Both the position numbers and the translations under genes were made by a program. 64,000 nucleotides of DNA from Selaginella moellendorffii (lineage: Eukaryota; Plantae; Lycopodiophyta): assembly GCF_000143415.4 (NCBI RefSeq), contig NW_003314305.1:867709-931708 (forward strand), in the 5' to 3' direction. The notes beneath the pieces were generated by a model, which worked only from the letters and a program-made list of their open reading frames with translations, searched no databases and was not told the origin of the DNA. Positions 50,560-62,195 of the stretch are shown in pieces (positions within the stretch are counted from its first letter, which is position 1; each line of letters opens with the position of its first letter).

Positions 50560-50860
50560 GCTGACTGGAGCAGCGTCGTGAGTGAGCATGACTCAGGCAG
50601 TGAGCTTGACGAGAAGAGTTCTCAGACTTTCGCGGGAGCTGGCTCTTGTTCTTGAAGGGAATGTTCACCAGAATAAAAGTGAGGTGGCAAGGTTCATTCT
50701 CGCAGCAGCAGCAGCAGCAGTCGAGCAAGATGACAACGGCAGGGTTTGGGTATTTCTCCCATCTCGGTTCTCTCATGGGCTTCATCATGATCCTCAACCA
50801 AATAGTTCTGCACCACGTCTGGTTCCTTCTGGAGCTCAAACTCAAGAGGTTTGTAACTTG
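50560..50860 (+). pseudogene. 5' fragment of AAA-ATPase gene
   Basis: MTTAGFGYFSHLGSLMGFIMILNQ..LKRFVTW, then truncated; 50673-50860 is duplicated at 52141-52333. Confidence 0.85.
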
Positions 50861-52140
50861 GGGTGAAATTGGTTGCTGCAAAAACAGGTAGTTAACTAAC
50901 TGCTTTCTTGTTTTCTCATAATTTTTTTTCTTCCAGGTTTGAATCTTTCATCAAAAGATATTCAGCACTTAGCAATTACAACTATGAGTGTTTGTAACAC
51001 TGTAATAGAAGACTGTATGAAGCTAACAGGACACAAGAGGGTGGAAAAATGGAACATAAGGTTTTTGCTAACCATTTTGTCATTAATGCTTCTTTTTTTA
51101 ACAAGTACGATCACTCTGGGAAAGCCAAGAGAACGGCGATGTCATCAGTTCTGTATAACTGGTATGATTGTACTGGTCGTCTGAAAAACTACCAAGACGA
51201 ATTTAGAAAAGCATCGGAGTATATTGTATGGTGTTACAAGGTTGGTAAACCTTTAAATGAGGATCCATTGGATCTTCAAGATTGCCATCTTGTTTCTTTT
51301 GGTAATTAAAAGCTTTTTTTTTTGGAGGTTTAACACTCTTTTCAATTCAGGTGGAAATGACAATCAACAGACTCAAATTCGTGGCAGCAACAACAAACTT
51401 TTGGTAAGAAAACCAAAAACTTTATAATCTTTATAATGGAACTTTCTCTTTTCTCTATTTTAGGTGGTCCTAGGTAGCAACAGCTTTCTCCAATAGAAGA
51501 GATCCACCAACAGGAACTGAATCACCACCAAGTTCTGGACGTGATTGAAGAGCAGCGAGGTAAGAAAATTCTTTCTTTCCTTTTTTCTTTCAATTTAGTT
51601 TTCTCTTTGTTTCAGGTGGACACGACAAGCAACACGAGATTGTGCCAGAGCATGGTGAGCAACAGGAATCAATCATTTCTTGAGACAAAGGTAAAGTTTA
51701 TTTAATTTGAATTCTTTATTTCTAACTTTTGATCTTGTTTTGTAGATCTTGACGATAATGAGTTACTTTTAGCTTTATCCAAAGATCCAAGAGTTGCAAA
51801 AGCTTTAGCACTATTAATTAGCATCACCACATTTCACCATTATACTGTGAGTAATTGTGTCATTGTATTCAATGGTCATAGCCAAAATGAACTTGAATTA
51901 TTCAAGATTGCTTTGATAAAAAAATAAAAAAGCAATTGCATCTCATGTGATTGGAGAATGTGGTTACTAGCAACCAAGTTCTCTAGAACCTGGATGATAG
52001 CAGCCACATTCTCTAGAACCTAGTAGCTGTCAACCATGTTCTTCAGAATGTGGTTGACAGCAGTAAAATTCTCGCAGAAAGCCTGACTAAATCTAATGGC
52101 TACCAACGGTTGGACCAAGTTAACGGGCGAACCACAGCCC
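50861..52140 (+). mobile_element. Truncated DNA-transposon-like fragment with spliced ORF remnants and hairpin-rich end
   Basis: Five GT-AG introns with decayed exons. Subterminal palindromic repeats at 51955-52060 (ctgtcaacca..tggttgacag). Ends gggcgaaccacagccc. Confidence 0.45.
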
Positions 52141-52201
52141 ATTAAAGTGAGGTGGCAAGGTCAGATTTTTCTCATTCTCGCAGCAGCAGCAGTCTAACAA
52201 G

Positions 52202-53541
52202 ATGACAATGGCAGGGTTTGGGTATTTCTCCCATCTCGGTTCTCTCATGGGCTTCATCATGATCCTCAACCAGATAGTTCCGCGCCACGTCTGGTTCCTT
52301 CTGGAGCTCAAGCTCAAGAGGTTTGTAACTTGGCTATGGTGGGAGACAGAGCTCTCAATCCCAGAGTACGTCCGCAACAACAATAACGAGATCTACGACC
52401 TGGTCGACCTCTACGTTGCTCACCTCACCGACACCAACACCAAGAGCTCGGCAAACAGGATCCAGTTCACGCGAGTGAAGAACGCCAGCAAGCCGAATTG
52501 CAACCTCACCAGGGGCGAGCGAGTGGAGGACAAGTTCAAAGGCGTCACATTCTCCTGGGTCTTCAACGTCACCGAGCCCTCCAACGGCGGAGGATTCAGC
52601 TATTTTGATCGAAGTGGAGGAACCCAGCGAGAGTACGTTGTCCAAGTTCACAGGAGGCACAAGTATACAAACGCTCCATCTTTCTCCTTGGACTCTTCAC
52701 TGGTTTCTTCCTCCGGCGCTGGCTTTCCCCTTTTCTTGAGCTCCAGCGAGCAGTCAATGTCCTCGATCACGATGATCGCCTTGTTGGAAATCCCCATGAG
52801 CAGCTTCCTCAAGTCGGCATTGCTCTTCACCTCCGTCAGCTCCATGTCATAGACATCGTACTGCGTGTAGTTTGCTATGGCAGCGATGAGTGACGACTTC
52901 CCAGTCCCCGGAGGCCCGTATAAGAGATACCCGCGTTTCCAAGCCCTCCCAACTCTCTCAAAGAAATCCTTACCAGCCATGAAGGAATCCAAGTCCTGGA
53001 CGATCTTGTTCTTGAGCTCGGGATCCAGCGCCAGGCTCGAGAACGTCGAGGCATGCTTGAAAGGCACCGATCTCCACGGCTGGTTCCTGTAGTCGTCCGA
53101 TTTTCCTATGTTGGTGTAGAGCTGCCGGTCCTGGTTCTGGCGCTTCAAGCTCTCTCCGAGCTTGATCACTTCCCTCATGTACTCAGCGAGAGGATCATCA
53201 TCTTTACGACAAATCACAAGGAAGATCTGGATCCCGCACTGCTGCGGTCGGGCAGGATGGACCTTCACATTTTGATGGGCTACTGTGGATTTGAGGCGTT
53301 CAAGGTGCTGGCGTGGACTCACCTTGAGATCTCGCAGAAGGGCGAGTTTGAGAAGGAGTTTGGAGAGATCGAGGAGCTGATCGCCAAGGTTGAGATCACT
53401 CCTGCTGATATCGCGGAGGCGTTGATCCAGAACAGGGGGAACTCGAGAGGGGCTCTAGAGAAAGTGATTGAGGCTCTTCGAGATCGAATGGAGCAGGGTG
53501 CGAAGAAAGAAGAAGAGGGGGGTAAAAATAAAATACCCTAA
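52202..53541 (+). pseudogene. AAA-ATPase paralog with internal 511-bp inversion and ~100-bp deletion
   Basis: 52202-52669 is the sense N-terminus, 52674-53184 the reverse-complement core (EYMREV..KEKDG), 53185-53541 the sense C-terminus (SERIIIF..). The ESGKK..WSCSG segment is missing. Confidence 0.93.
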
Positions 53542-53879
53542 ACATTGCACTAATCGTTATTAAAGTAACATTTAACTATGTTTTATGTTGATTATGAGGT
53601 ACTTGTAGTACGGTCAATTGAGATCAAGTCCCAGATGGATCGGCTATGCGATGCGTTTGCAATGAGGAGGAGAATTCTTCGTGGAAGAAGTTGGTGGTCA
53701 CTGTGGCTCATTCATTCATAGAAGTTTAAATCATTCCACTAAGCTGGTTTTCGATCGCGCTTAATCGTGTTTGCTAGAATGCGATGCTTACGGCATAGCT
53801 CATTTGACCGCTGAGGACATCGACATGGGTGCTCAGTATGAGAGCTTGATGATTGCGTAAATTCTTCCTAGCTACCTTT

Positions 53880-54010
53880 TGCATCATACTTCTCAAACTC
53901 GAGTAAACTCTCAATGTATGTTGCTCCAGTGATTTGCATTTCAGGCACAAGATCGAGATGTCGTCTTTATTGCAGAAGCAGACAAGAGCAGCAAAGTTTT
54001 CCATCGATAG
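53880..54010 (-). pseudogene. Short divergent fragment of FUSC-like gene
   Basis: MENFAALVCFCNKDDISILCLKCKSL vs MENFAVLVHAFCSNDQEEITSLCLQSKSV at 35900-36015. Confidence 0.55.
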
Positions 54011-54299
54011 CAGCCGTGAAAGCCATGTCGGAAGCTGTTAACACGCCCATCATGGAAGTGTGACAAACGAAACTCTCTCGTGGTCAGTGAGGACTCGTAG
54101 GGCAGATATTGCGCCACTGCCTGATCATTGAGTTCCAAGGTTGTTTGGACACAAGGGATTCTTGACTTCGATGAATTATTGTTTATACTCCATCAGAGAT
54201 TCATGTTCTTGACAGTTTCCAACGTAATATGTTGAAGAATATTTTACTAGAATATTCCTGCAAGCGTGTATAAAAGGGTTCTTGCTGCCGTTCCATACT

Positions 54300-55526
54300 A
54301 TGGCAAAGAGAAAGTGGGATGGCATGACCAAGACGAGGAGGAAGAGAATGGATCCCTCAATTTGGTCGCAGCTGCCTCGAGACATCCAACACCAGCTCAT
54401 CACTCACCTCCCAATCCCCACCCTCTGCCGCTTCCGCTCCCTCTCCAAGGATTGGCACGCGGCAATCCTCCAGCAGCAGTCGCGGCAGCAATGGTACATC
54501 ACCTTTGCCAACTCCGAGGGTGAGTTTCGCATCTCGCCCAACGGCATCTCCTGGAAGGTGTTAACTCACCCCCTCCCAGAGGCCCCAAAGGTACGCAGGA
54601 TATTTGGTTCTCTGAGCACTTGCTCGGCAGGTTTGGTACTGGCCTTCTCTCTCTCGAAAACCTTTCTAGTGTTCAATCCAATGATTCAAAACAGGCACGA
54701 GCTGCTTCCGCGGCTGATCGGTAATGTGATCTTTACTGCCATTCAATCAGTGCCATGCGGCAGCGAAAGAATCTCGTACATTGTTGTTGCCGTGACTACT
54801 TCCGGTACCGCTGGCAACCTGCGGATGCACTTGTATGATTCGCGGGTGGCAGCGTGGATCTCTACTACAGACTTCCCTGTGCCAGACAATGGCGAGCTCT
54901 TCTGCCGTGGCAATAGGAACTACAACAACAAAAACATGCTGCTCCAGGGCGATCATCTGTACTTCTTCACCGTTTCGCCAGGAAATGTGACAAGGCTCAA
55001 ATTATTCAACGTGTGGAACCCCAAAGCCACCCTTCGAACCGTGGCAACGTGGACGAGCCTGCCCTTGGGCTTTGATGCGGCTGGTTATGCGCGCACGGGC
55101 TTTGTAGAAAAGGATATGTCTCTCATCTCTTGTGGAGGTAATTCTTCATTCTTGTGTGGCTTTTTAAGCTGACGATTGTAGTTATTTGCAGGAAAGATTG
55201 TGCTTGGCATACTAGAACCAAGGGATGACAACAGGAACCTTGGAAGCCGCAGGTTTGGTTTTGTGTATCTGGACAAGGAGAGTTGCAGTTGGCAGGTGAT
55301 GGCATCCTTGAGCCTTGACAGCGTTTTTTCGCCTGGGATGATAAAAAATTCCGAGTACACCACCATGATAGCTGTTGGAAACAAAAACAGTAGCGAGGTG
55401 GCACTGCTTTTTCAAGAAAAATGGGGATGCATCTTAAATCTGGCTTCTGGTACTTGGCATGCCAATTATCGGCACCCAGTGACAAGTGCGATTCTTCCAT
55501 TCCAGCCTTCCTTCCAGAATTTCTAA
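54300..55526 (+). CDS. F-box protein
   Basis: MDPSIWSQLPRDIQHQLITHLPIPTLCRFRSLSKDW F-box; phase-compatible intron 55138-55191; C-terminal LPFQPSF typical of plant F-box/kelch-like proteins. Confidence 0.88.
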
Positions 55527-56499
55527 TGACACATGTAACCTGGATTTATGAAAGAAAGTCTTAAGAACTTCTTATCCCATGATGTTACACATCGAAGCAT
55601 TAGAAATCTGCTAGCCTTCTATTGCAGGTAATGTTACAAAGCAGGCAGGTGCTGTTTCAAAGCCTTGATTGAGCACTGGAGCAGGAACATGCACCGAGAA
55701 GAAAACCAGCATCGAATGAGCTGCTGCCATAGAATTAGACGAAGCCCCGTGAAAGTGATCATGGGACAGGGAATCCTGGGCTTGACAAGATCAGCAGCTC
55801 AGGGAGCTCCGTCTACTTTCTGCTTGCGAGCATCTCCTCCTGCTCGCCAACGTTTGAATAATCAAACGTTGACTTACGAAATCGCGGTTCATGTTGGAAC
55901 TGGATCATCGCCGCCAGCGCCTATCGATGCCATGACGGTTCAAACAGCCCGGTTAACTCTACCAGTCAAGGAAAGGTCAAGGACCCGGTCAAAGACAAAG
56001 TCAACGTCCGCCACGTATAAAGGATTTTAAGATCACTCGTCAGCTAGGAGAGCTATCAGGCCGCGACGAAAGGTACTTGAAGATGACCATTTGTATCAGC
56101 AGCTCTTGGATTGTAAGCACACAATAAATAGGAATTGTTTGAGTGATCTTGTTTTTTCTCACAAAACTCCCAATCTTGTCATTGCTCTTCTACACTACAC
56201 TTGTGTAGTTTCTCTACAGAAACTGGAAGAAAAGCCGTCGAACTGGCTAGAACGTCGTGCTAGGATCCGTGATGGCATAGTTTTGCATGTCACCGCTCTT
56301 GCCAGACCGATCGTCTGAGTTCTCTTCCAGCGCAACAAATGTTGCTGCTCAACTCTAAGTATCATCTCTTAGTCAAGCACCGACAGGTTTCCTTCCTCTT
56401 GTTCCAAAACAACAGTTTTGACGTTTCTTTCTAGATCAAATCTCGCCATTGATTTTTTCTTACCTTCCGTCACACAATGCTTGCTGCCTGAGAGAGAGT

Positions 56500-56615
56500 T
56501 TTTCTCCCCTTGTACGTTGTTTTCCTTTTAGTATCTCCTCGTACTGTCTCAAAGTAGCTCCAGTGATTTGGATTTCAGGCACAAGATCTAAGGAAGCATG
56601 AACAAGAGAAGAGCT
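56500..56615 (-). pseudogene. Another short FUSC-like fragment
   Basis: gtatctcctcgtac..tcaaagtagctc..gatttggatttcaggcacaa aligns with 35893-35952. Confidence 0.4.
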
Positions 56616-56946
56616 TAAAGATGGTGGGGGCAATTTCTCCGATGACAAACAAAACTCCCTCTCCCTCTCCCTCTCTCTCTCCCCTCGAGACTTAGGAGAA
56701 GACTGGACAACTGCCTGATCCTAAGCTTGATGATGAAATGAAAACGTATAATTCTTTCTAAGTTGTGATAACATTCGTTCTTGCCTGTGTTTTTGTCCAT
56801 GCTTAATATAATAGTGTAATGTAATGTAGCCTTTAAGTGACATTTATTTAGTACCCTACCCTTAATCATCTTTACCGTTTAACAAGGGTGACGTGTCACC
56901 GCTTTGACGCTTCAAAGTTAGGGCAAGAGAATGCGCGTCCAGAGGA

Positions 56947-57684
56947 ATGCCCCGACGAGGTGGAGGTAACTTTTGATCGCCCAGGTTGTGTATACGAGAC
57001 ATCGACTTGGGCATTTTCTTTTCACGCACAGGCAAGGCCCCTCCGAGGCCAAAGGCGGTGCAACGTCCCAACAGTGCTCCTCCGCCATCTGGTAAGAACA
57101 CAATCGGTATGATCGCGATTCGCGACTGAAAGAACTCGTTTGTGGGCTTGTGCAGTTTACCATGCCCCGGCTCCTTCAATGCTGGGAGGCCTTGCGGCAA
57201 CAATCGCGCAAGGTGGCTTTATTTTACGTGGTTTTCTAAACGATTTCTTTGAGTTTGAGCAGGAGCGGCATTTGGAACCGGTAGCGCTGTGGCGCACCGA
57301 GCAGTGGATGCCATTGCAGGACCTCGCACGGTTCACCACGAGCACACGACAGTAGCATCAGCCCAGCCAGCGATGTCTCCGCAGAGGAGCATGGACGATT
57401 TGTGCTTGAACGCAACCAAAGCCTTCCAAGAGGTACCATTTTATTTGCTTTTCTAGTATCTATAATATAAATAATTTTTATATATGTTCTTCTTTTAATT
57501 TGTTTTGCAGTGCGTGAATTCTAATCTCAATGATATTGGAAAGTGCCAGTTCCTGCTGGATATGCTTAACGAGTGCCGCAAAACGTCCTCAGGTGAAGTT
57601 TTTCACCAAGTTCTTTTGATTTTTTCCTTCTTTTTCCTGTTTTATTAATATGTTTAATTACAATCAGGTCCATCCCAACCATGA
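56947..57684 (+). CDS. Mitochondrial twin-Cx9C CHCH protein (CHCHD2/CHCHD10/Mix17-like)
   Basis: Spliced MPRRGG..SMLGGLAATIAQGAAFGTGSAVAHRAVDAIAGPR..CLNATKAFQEC..CQFLLDMLNEC; 6 exons. Confidence 0.88.
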
Positions 57685-57809
57685 GGGAGCCATCAAATTT
57701 TTAGTTTTTAGATCTTTTCAAGCCCGACGTTTCAGTTTAGCTTTCTTGAAATAATCTCTTCCAAAAGATGTAATATTTAAGTTTTTGTGTAGAAGATTAA
57801 GATAACAAT

Positions 57810-57882
57810 GGGGATGTAGCTCAGATGGTAGAGCGCTCGCTTAGCATGCGAGAGGCACCGGGATCGATACCCGGCATCTCCA
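57810..57882 (+). tRNA. tRNA-Ala (AGC)
   Basis: GGGGATG/CATCTCC acceptor stem with G3:U70; A box TAGCTCAGATGG; anticodon AGC at 57843-57845; T arm CCGGG-ATCGATA-CCCGG; upstream CAA. Confidence 0.96.
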
Positions 57883-57884
57883 TT

Positions 57885-58765
57885 CCCTTCCGGTGACACC
57901 AATCAGTGCCACGCTTTTCCTATTTTCGACCATTCTCCCGCAAGTCATTTTCCTATTTTCCACCATTCTTTTGCAAGTCATTTTCCTTGTGAGGTGCTAG
58001 ATCAAATCGTTGGATGAGCCAATCGCCTTATCCCAAGACTCCACAAGCCAGTGATCCATAAGAGATTGGCTGATACGGCAAGAAATCTATAGAGCTTCTT
58101 TTATCAGAGAAGAAGTTTCTTCTCGCCATGGATCCAGAGATCCGATCCAAACTGACCACTCCAATCCATTTTCTAAGCTTTTCTAAGAGTTTACCAAAGT
58201 AGTGGCTATGGTGGTCCAATCTACTCCTTTGGTATTCTAGTAAAATAGAACTTGGCCTCTTCCGAAATCCTCGGATTTTCTTGTGGCACAAAACAAAATC
58301 CATTTTCTAAGCTTTTCTAAGAGTTTACCAAAGTACTGGCTATGGTGGTCCAATCTACTCCTTTGGTATTCTAGTCGAATAGAACTTGGCCTCTTCCGAA
58401 ATCCTCGGATTTTACACAAAAACAAAAGGAAACGTTAAGAAAACGTTAAAAATGTTACGTCGCCGCGAAGGAGATTCCAACAGCGACGCGAGTGACTCTC
58501 GATCGACTAGATTCTTTCTTCGAGTCCATTCATACCTGCGAGGCGAAAGATTTAAAAACCCCGGACACTTGCAAAGGATCACAATGTGACTGATTGATGC
58601 TATTGACGGTTTGAGAATAGACGCGTTCCAAATAATGTAAGGTTTCAAGGAGTAAAATCGACTATTGGGCCCCTAGATCATCCACTTTTGCCACCTACAT
58701 TAGAGCTATGGTACTTTTTAAAAAGTTGGTAGGGCAAATAGTATTTTTTGACTTTAAGATGAAGG
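57885..58765. repeat. Dispersed ~870-bp non-coding repeat, copy 2
   Basis: Homologous to 48314-49161; short inverted ends CCTTC/GAAGG. Confidence 0.85.
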
Positions 58766-59238
58766 TTTAACCGACAAAGCGATTGAAACCGTGGGATGTG
58801 GGCCGATCCAACGGCATGCGAGCGCGTAACGCGCGGTACCGCGGGCGGGTGACGCGTGGCGCGTGTCGGGGAAGAGAGTGCGCCACCTGCCTGGTTGCGA
58901 ATATTATCTAGATTCCCAGGAGGAGGGGGAAAAGAGAAAGCGCCCCATTGTCTTTATATATTTAGGGCTCTTGAGAGCGAGAAGCGCGGCATTCATAGCG
59001 CCCTTTTGGTGATTCTTTCTAGTTTCTCGCACGAGTAGTTTGTATAGCGGCGCCAGGGTCTCGGAGGAATGCGGCATGCTCAGGCATCGATTTTCATCGA
59101 TTCTCTCGTGGTTTGAGCAGCAATAGCATGATCTTGACTGGGAATGATAGGTAGGAGGAGGAATCGGCAGCGCGGCAGGCAAAATATCTGATCCAGGGAT
59201 CAAGAACATCAAGGAAGGGGGAAAGGAAATTCAAGGCG

Positions 59239-61116
59239 ATGGCGTCGTCGACACTGCGATTGGCATCGCTGCTGCTCTTCCTCTTCTACTTCTGGTACCC
59301 CCAGCTCGGCATCGGCTCGAAATTCGCGCACTCGCCGCCCCGCCGGAGGCATTTGCTCCAAGAATCTGCCAGCAATCCGGAAATATTTCCAGGGAATCAC
59401 TCCTCGCTGCTGTTTGCGCGCTCCAAATTCTCGGTGGGGAAGCACGACGAGGATCGAGCGCCGTGCGAGGGCGCCGCCAAGCACAAGGGTTTTTCCAGCC
59501 CTTGCTCCTACGCGATGGCACACGAGGACTGCCAATCCGGCGGCCTCTTCGAGTACATCCAGATCTACTACTGCATCGACGCCGATAATCCACACCCCCG
59601 GCTCAAGAACATCCTCTCCTTCCTCGCGATCTCCCTGTGGCTCGTCGCCCTCTTCTACATGCTGGGCAATACCGCCGCGGACTACTTTTGCTCGTGCCTG
59701 GAGCGACTGTCGCAGCTCTTGCGACTGCCGCCCACTGTCGCGGGGGTGACGTTACTGCCACTGGGCAACGGTGCCGCTGACGTGTTCGCCAGCGTGGCGT
59801 CCTTCTCGGGCTCGCACCGTGGCGGCGCCGTGGGCATGAACTCGGTGCTGGGCGGGGCAGTGTTCGTGGTCACGGTGGTCACAGGCGTTGTGAACATCCT
59901 GGTAGCCAGCGGCGATTTCGCGATCGATGGGCGATGCTTTGTTCGCGACGCGGTGTTCTTCCTGGCGAGCCTGGGCTACTTGATGATCGTGCTGTGGAAA
60001 GGCAGCGTGAGCGTGTGGGAGTCGCTGGGCTACCTGGGGATCTACGTGATCTACGCGCTGGTGGTGGCGGTGTGGGAGGTCTGGAGGGCCAGATGGGAAT
60101 CGCGGAGAGGAGATGAAGAATGCGCGGGGGAGTATGCCCGGCTGGAAGGATCCAAGGGGGCCTCGAGCATTGAGAGGGTGATCACGGTGCCGCCGTGGCT
60201 GTGGGCGAACCAGGTGGCGATCTACTCGCAGGAGCAGCAGAGGATCGAGGAGGAGGAGGCAGAGGCAGTGCGGTCGAGCAGCGAAGAAGAGAAGAAGATG
60301 ACGCGATCCAAGAGCTTGCTCAAGCTGGGGCGGAAGGCCTCCCAGGTGCTGATCGAGTGGCCGCTCCATCTCCCTCGCCGGCTCACAATCCCAGTGGTGG
60401 ACGAATCGCGATGGTCGCGACCTCGCGCGGTGGTGGCCGCCACGCTCGCGCCAATCCTCCTGGTAGCGGTGTGGAGCGCCCAGAATGGGATGCCTATCAC
60501 TGGCGATTGCCCGTGGCTGGCGGCGGGGATGCTGGTGGGGATCGTCCTGGGCGTCACCGCCTACTTTACCACGGTGGACGAGCGTCCGCCGCAGGGTCAC
60601 GGCACAGCGGCGCTGGTATGGATCGCCGCGGGCTTCTTCATGAGCATGGTGTGGTTTTACGTCATCGCGCGGGAGCTCGTCGCCGCGCTGGTCAGCCTCG
60701 CGGCGCTACTGGGTATCGACGCGGCGATCCTGGGTGTAACCGTGCTGGCGTGGGGCAACTCCATGGGCGACCTGGTTGCCAACTCAGCGCTGGCGTCCCG
60801 CGGTGGTAGCGCCGGCGTCCAGATCGCGATCGCGGGGTGCTACGCCAGCCCCATGTTTAACACGCTGTTTGGGCTGGGCGTATCGTTTCTCATCGTGGCC
60901 GTCCGATCGCACGGCGCGGTGTACGTCATCCCCGGTACGGAGATGGCCATGCTCACATTGGTGTTCCTCGCGGTGGCCATTTTGATGGCCATTGTGGGCA
61001 TGACCGTACATAGGATGCGGCCCAGCAAGACGCTGGGCGTGGGGCTCATCGTCTTGTACGGAGCATTTATGGTGGTGAGAGCCTGCAAGTCGTTTGGTAT
61101 CACACTAGTATGGTAA
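59239..61116 (+). CDS. CCX: Cation/calcium exchanger (CCX family), intronless
   Basis: Alpha-1 AGVTLLPLGNGAADVF and alpha-2 LGVTVLAWGNSMGDLVAN repeats; many TM helices; 625 aa. Confidence 0.95.
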   Translation: MASSTLRLASLLLFLFYFWYPQLGIGSKFAHSPPRRRHLLQESASNPEIFPGNHSSLLFARSKFSVGKHDEDRAPCEGAAKHKGFSSPCSYAMAHEDCQSGGLFEYIQIYYCIDADNPHPRLKNILSFLAISLWLVALFYMLGNTAADYFCSCLERLSQLLRLPPTVAGVTLLPLGNGAADVFASVASFSGSHRGGAVGMNSVLGGAVFVVTVVTGVVNILVASGDFAIDGRCFVRDAVFFLASLGYLMIVLWKGSVSVWESLGYLGIYVIYALVVAVWEVWRARWESRRGDEECAGEYARLEGSKGASSIERVITVPPWLWANQVAIYSQEQQRIEEEEAEAVRSSSEEEKKMTRSKSLLKLGRKASQVLIEWPLHLPRRLTIPVVDESRWSRPRAVVAATLAPILLVAVWSAQNGMPITGDCPWLAAGMLVGIVLGVTAYFTTVDERPPQGHGTAALVWIAAGFFMSMVWFYVIARELVAALVSLAALLGIDAAILGVTVLAWGNSMGDLVANSALASRGGSAGVQIAIAGCYASPMFNTLFGLGVSFLIVAVRSHGAVYVIPGTEMAMLTLVFLAVAILMAIVGMTVHRMRPSKTLGVGLIVLYGAFMVVRACKSFGITLVW

Positions 61117-61223
61117 AAAAGAAAAGAGTATAGAGTTTAATCTAAATAGCGATCAAAGATCTTGACACACTGGCGATTACTTACTGTACATCTTTTTCTA
61201 CTAACTTATGAAAAAGGAGATTT

Positions 61224-61971
61224 TTACTTTGCTGCAACTCTCTTGGCTCGCTTTGCCGGTGTCACGACCTTCTTTGGCTTGGATGGAGTAGTGATCTTCT
61301 TCGTGACCGCGGGCCTGGAAGATCTCCCGGTGGCTCTAGTGGCTCTAGTATCTTTCACGTCCCGTGACTTTGGAGCTGGAGCTCTCGGCTTTGGAGCTCG
61401 TGAGGAAGGCTTGATCACCTTTACCTTCTTTGCTGGAGATGAAGATGATGCTTTGGGGACCTTGACGACCACTCTGGCTGGCGCTGGCTTGCGAGACGAG
61501 GATTTGGAGGACGCGGACGATGGGAGCTTGAAGGAGTTCTTCACCTTAGTGATCTTACCGCTGTTGCTGAGTGATTTGAGCTGGATGGAGAGCATCCTCT
61601 TGAAAGAAGTGGGCAGCCCCGAGCTATACTTCTCCACCAGGTACTTGGCGATGGCGTGCTGGCTCGAGCCAGTGCGTTCCTTAAGAAAAGAAATCGCTTC
61701 CATGACCATCTAAAGTAGAGACCAAGAACAAATACACACTCGATCAATCAAGCTATAGAAACAAAGAAGAGATTTTTACCTCGACATAAGGCGGGTGATG
61801 GATGCTGGTGTTCTTCGACGACTTGGGCTTTGGATCCTTCTTCACTGGCGCCACGATTTTCTGCTCATCCGGCTTCGCTTGATCCTTGGCGGAAGCTTGC
61901 TTCGCTCGCGATGGCTTCCTGTTGGGCTTTGCTGTAGTAGCCTCACCCACGGCTTCCACTGCCACTGCCAT
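61224..61971 (-). CDS. Linker histone H1
   Basis: HPPYVE|MVMEAISFLKERTGSSQHAIAKY..GKITKVKNSFKL globular domain; K/A/P/S-rich tail; intron 61710-61779. Confidence 0.95.
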
Positions 61972-62104
61972 ATCGATCGATCACACCACTCTCTGGAAAG
62001 AAAGAAGAGGAATTTCTGCTCGATCACACAACCCAGCTGAGAAATCCGCGGCGATTGCCACCCGTACTGCTAGCTAGGGTCTGGGGAACGAGGATAAGGA
62101 ACAG

Positions 62105-62195
62105 GGGATTTCTTATAGCGAAGCTCCGCAAGCTCCCATTGGCCTGTGCTTGTTGGCGCGGATCGATCCCATTCAACCAGAGCCGTTGGATCGAA
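62105..62195 (-). promoter_or_regulatory. Histone-gene promoter elements
   Basis: Plant histone octamer CGCGGATC at 62157-62164; CCAAT (attgg ~62138-62142); TATA-like tataag at ~62112-62117; GATCCAACGG nonamer/MSA-like motif at ~62182-62191. Confidence 0.6.

Noticed and set aside
51049-51309. Resemblance of FRKASEYIVWCYK to N4/N6 DNA methyltransferase motifs
   Set aside because: No DPPY/SPPY or FxGxG motif nearby, and the surrounding peptide does not fit; too short to support.
57885-58765. piggyBac assignment from CCCTT-like termini
   Set aside because: No TTAA on both sides of either copy; superfamily left unassigned.
59414-61103. Overlapping and antisense ORFs within CCX (likewise within the AAA, H1 and ankyrin genes)
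   Set aside because: Shadow ORFs expected from GC-rich codon usage; no independent motifs.
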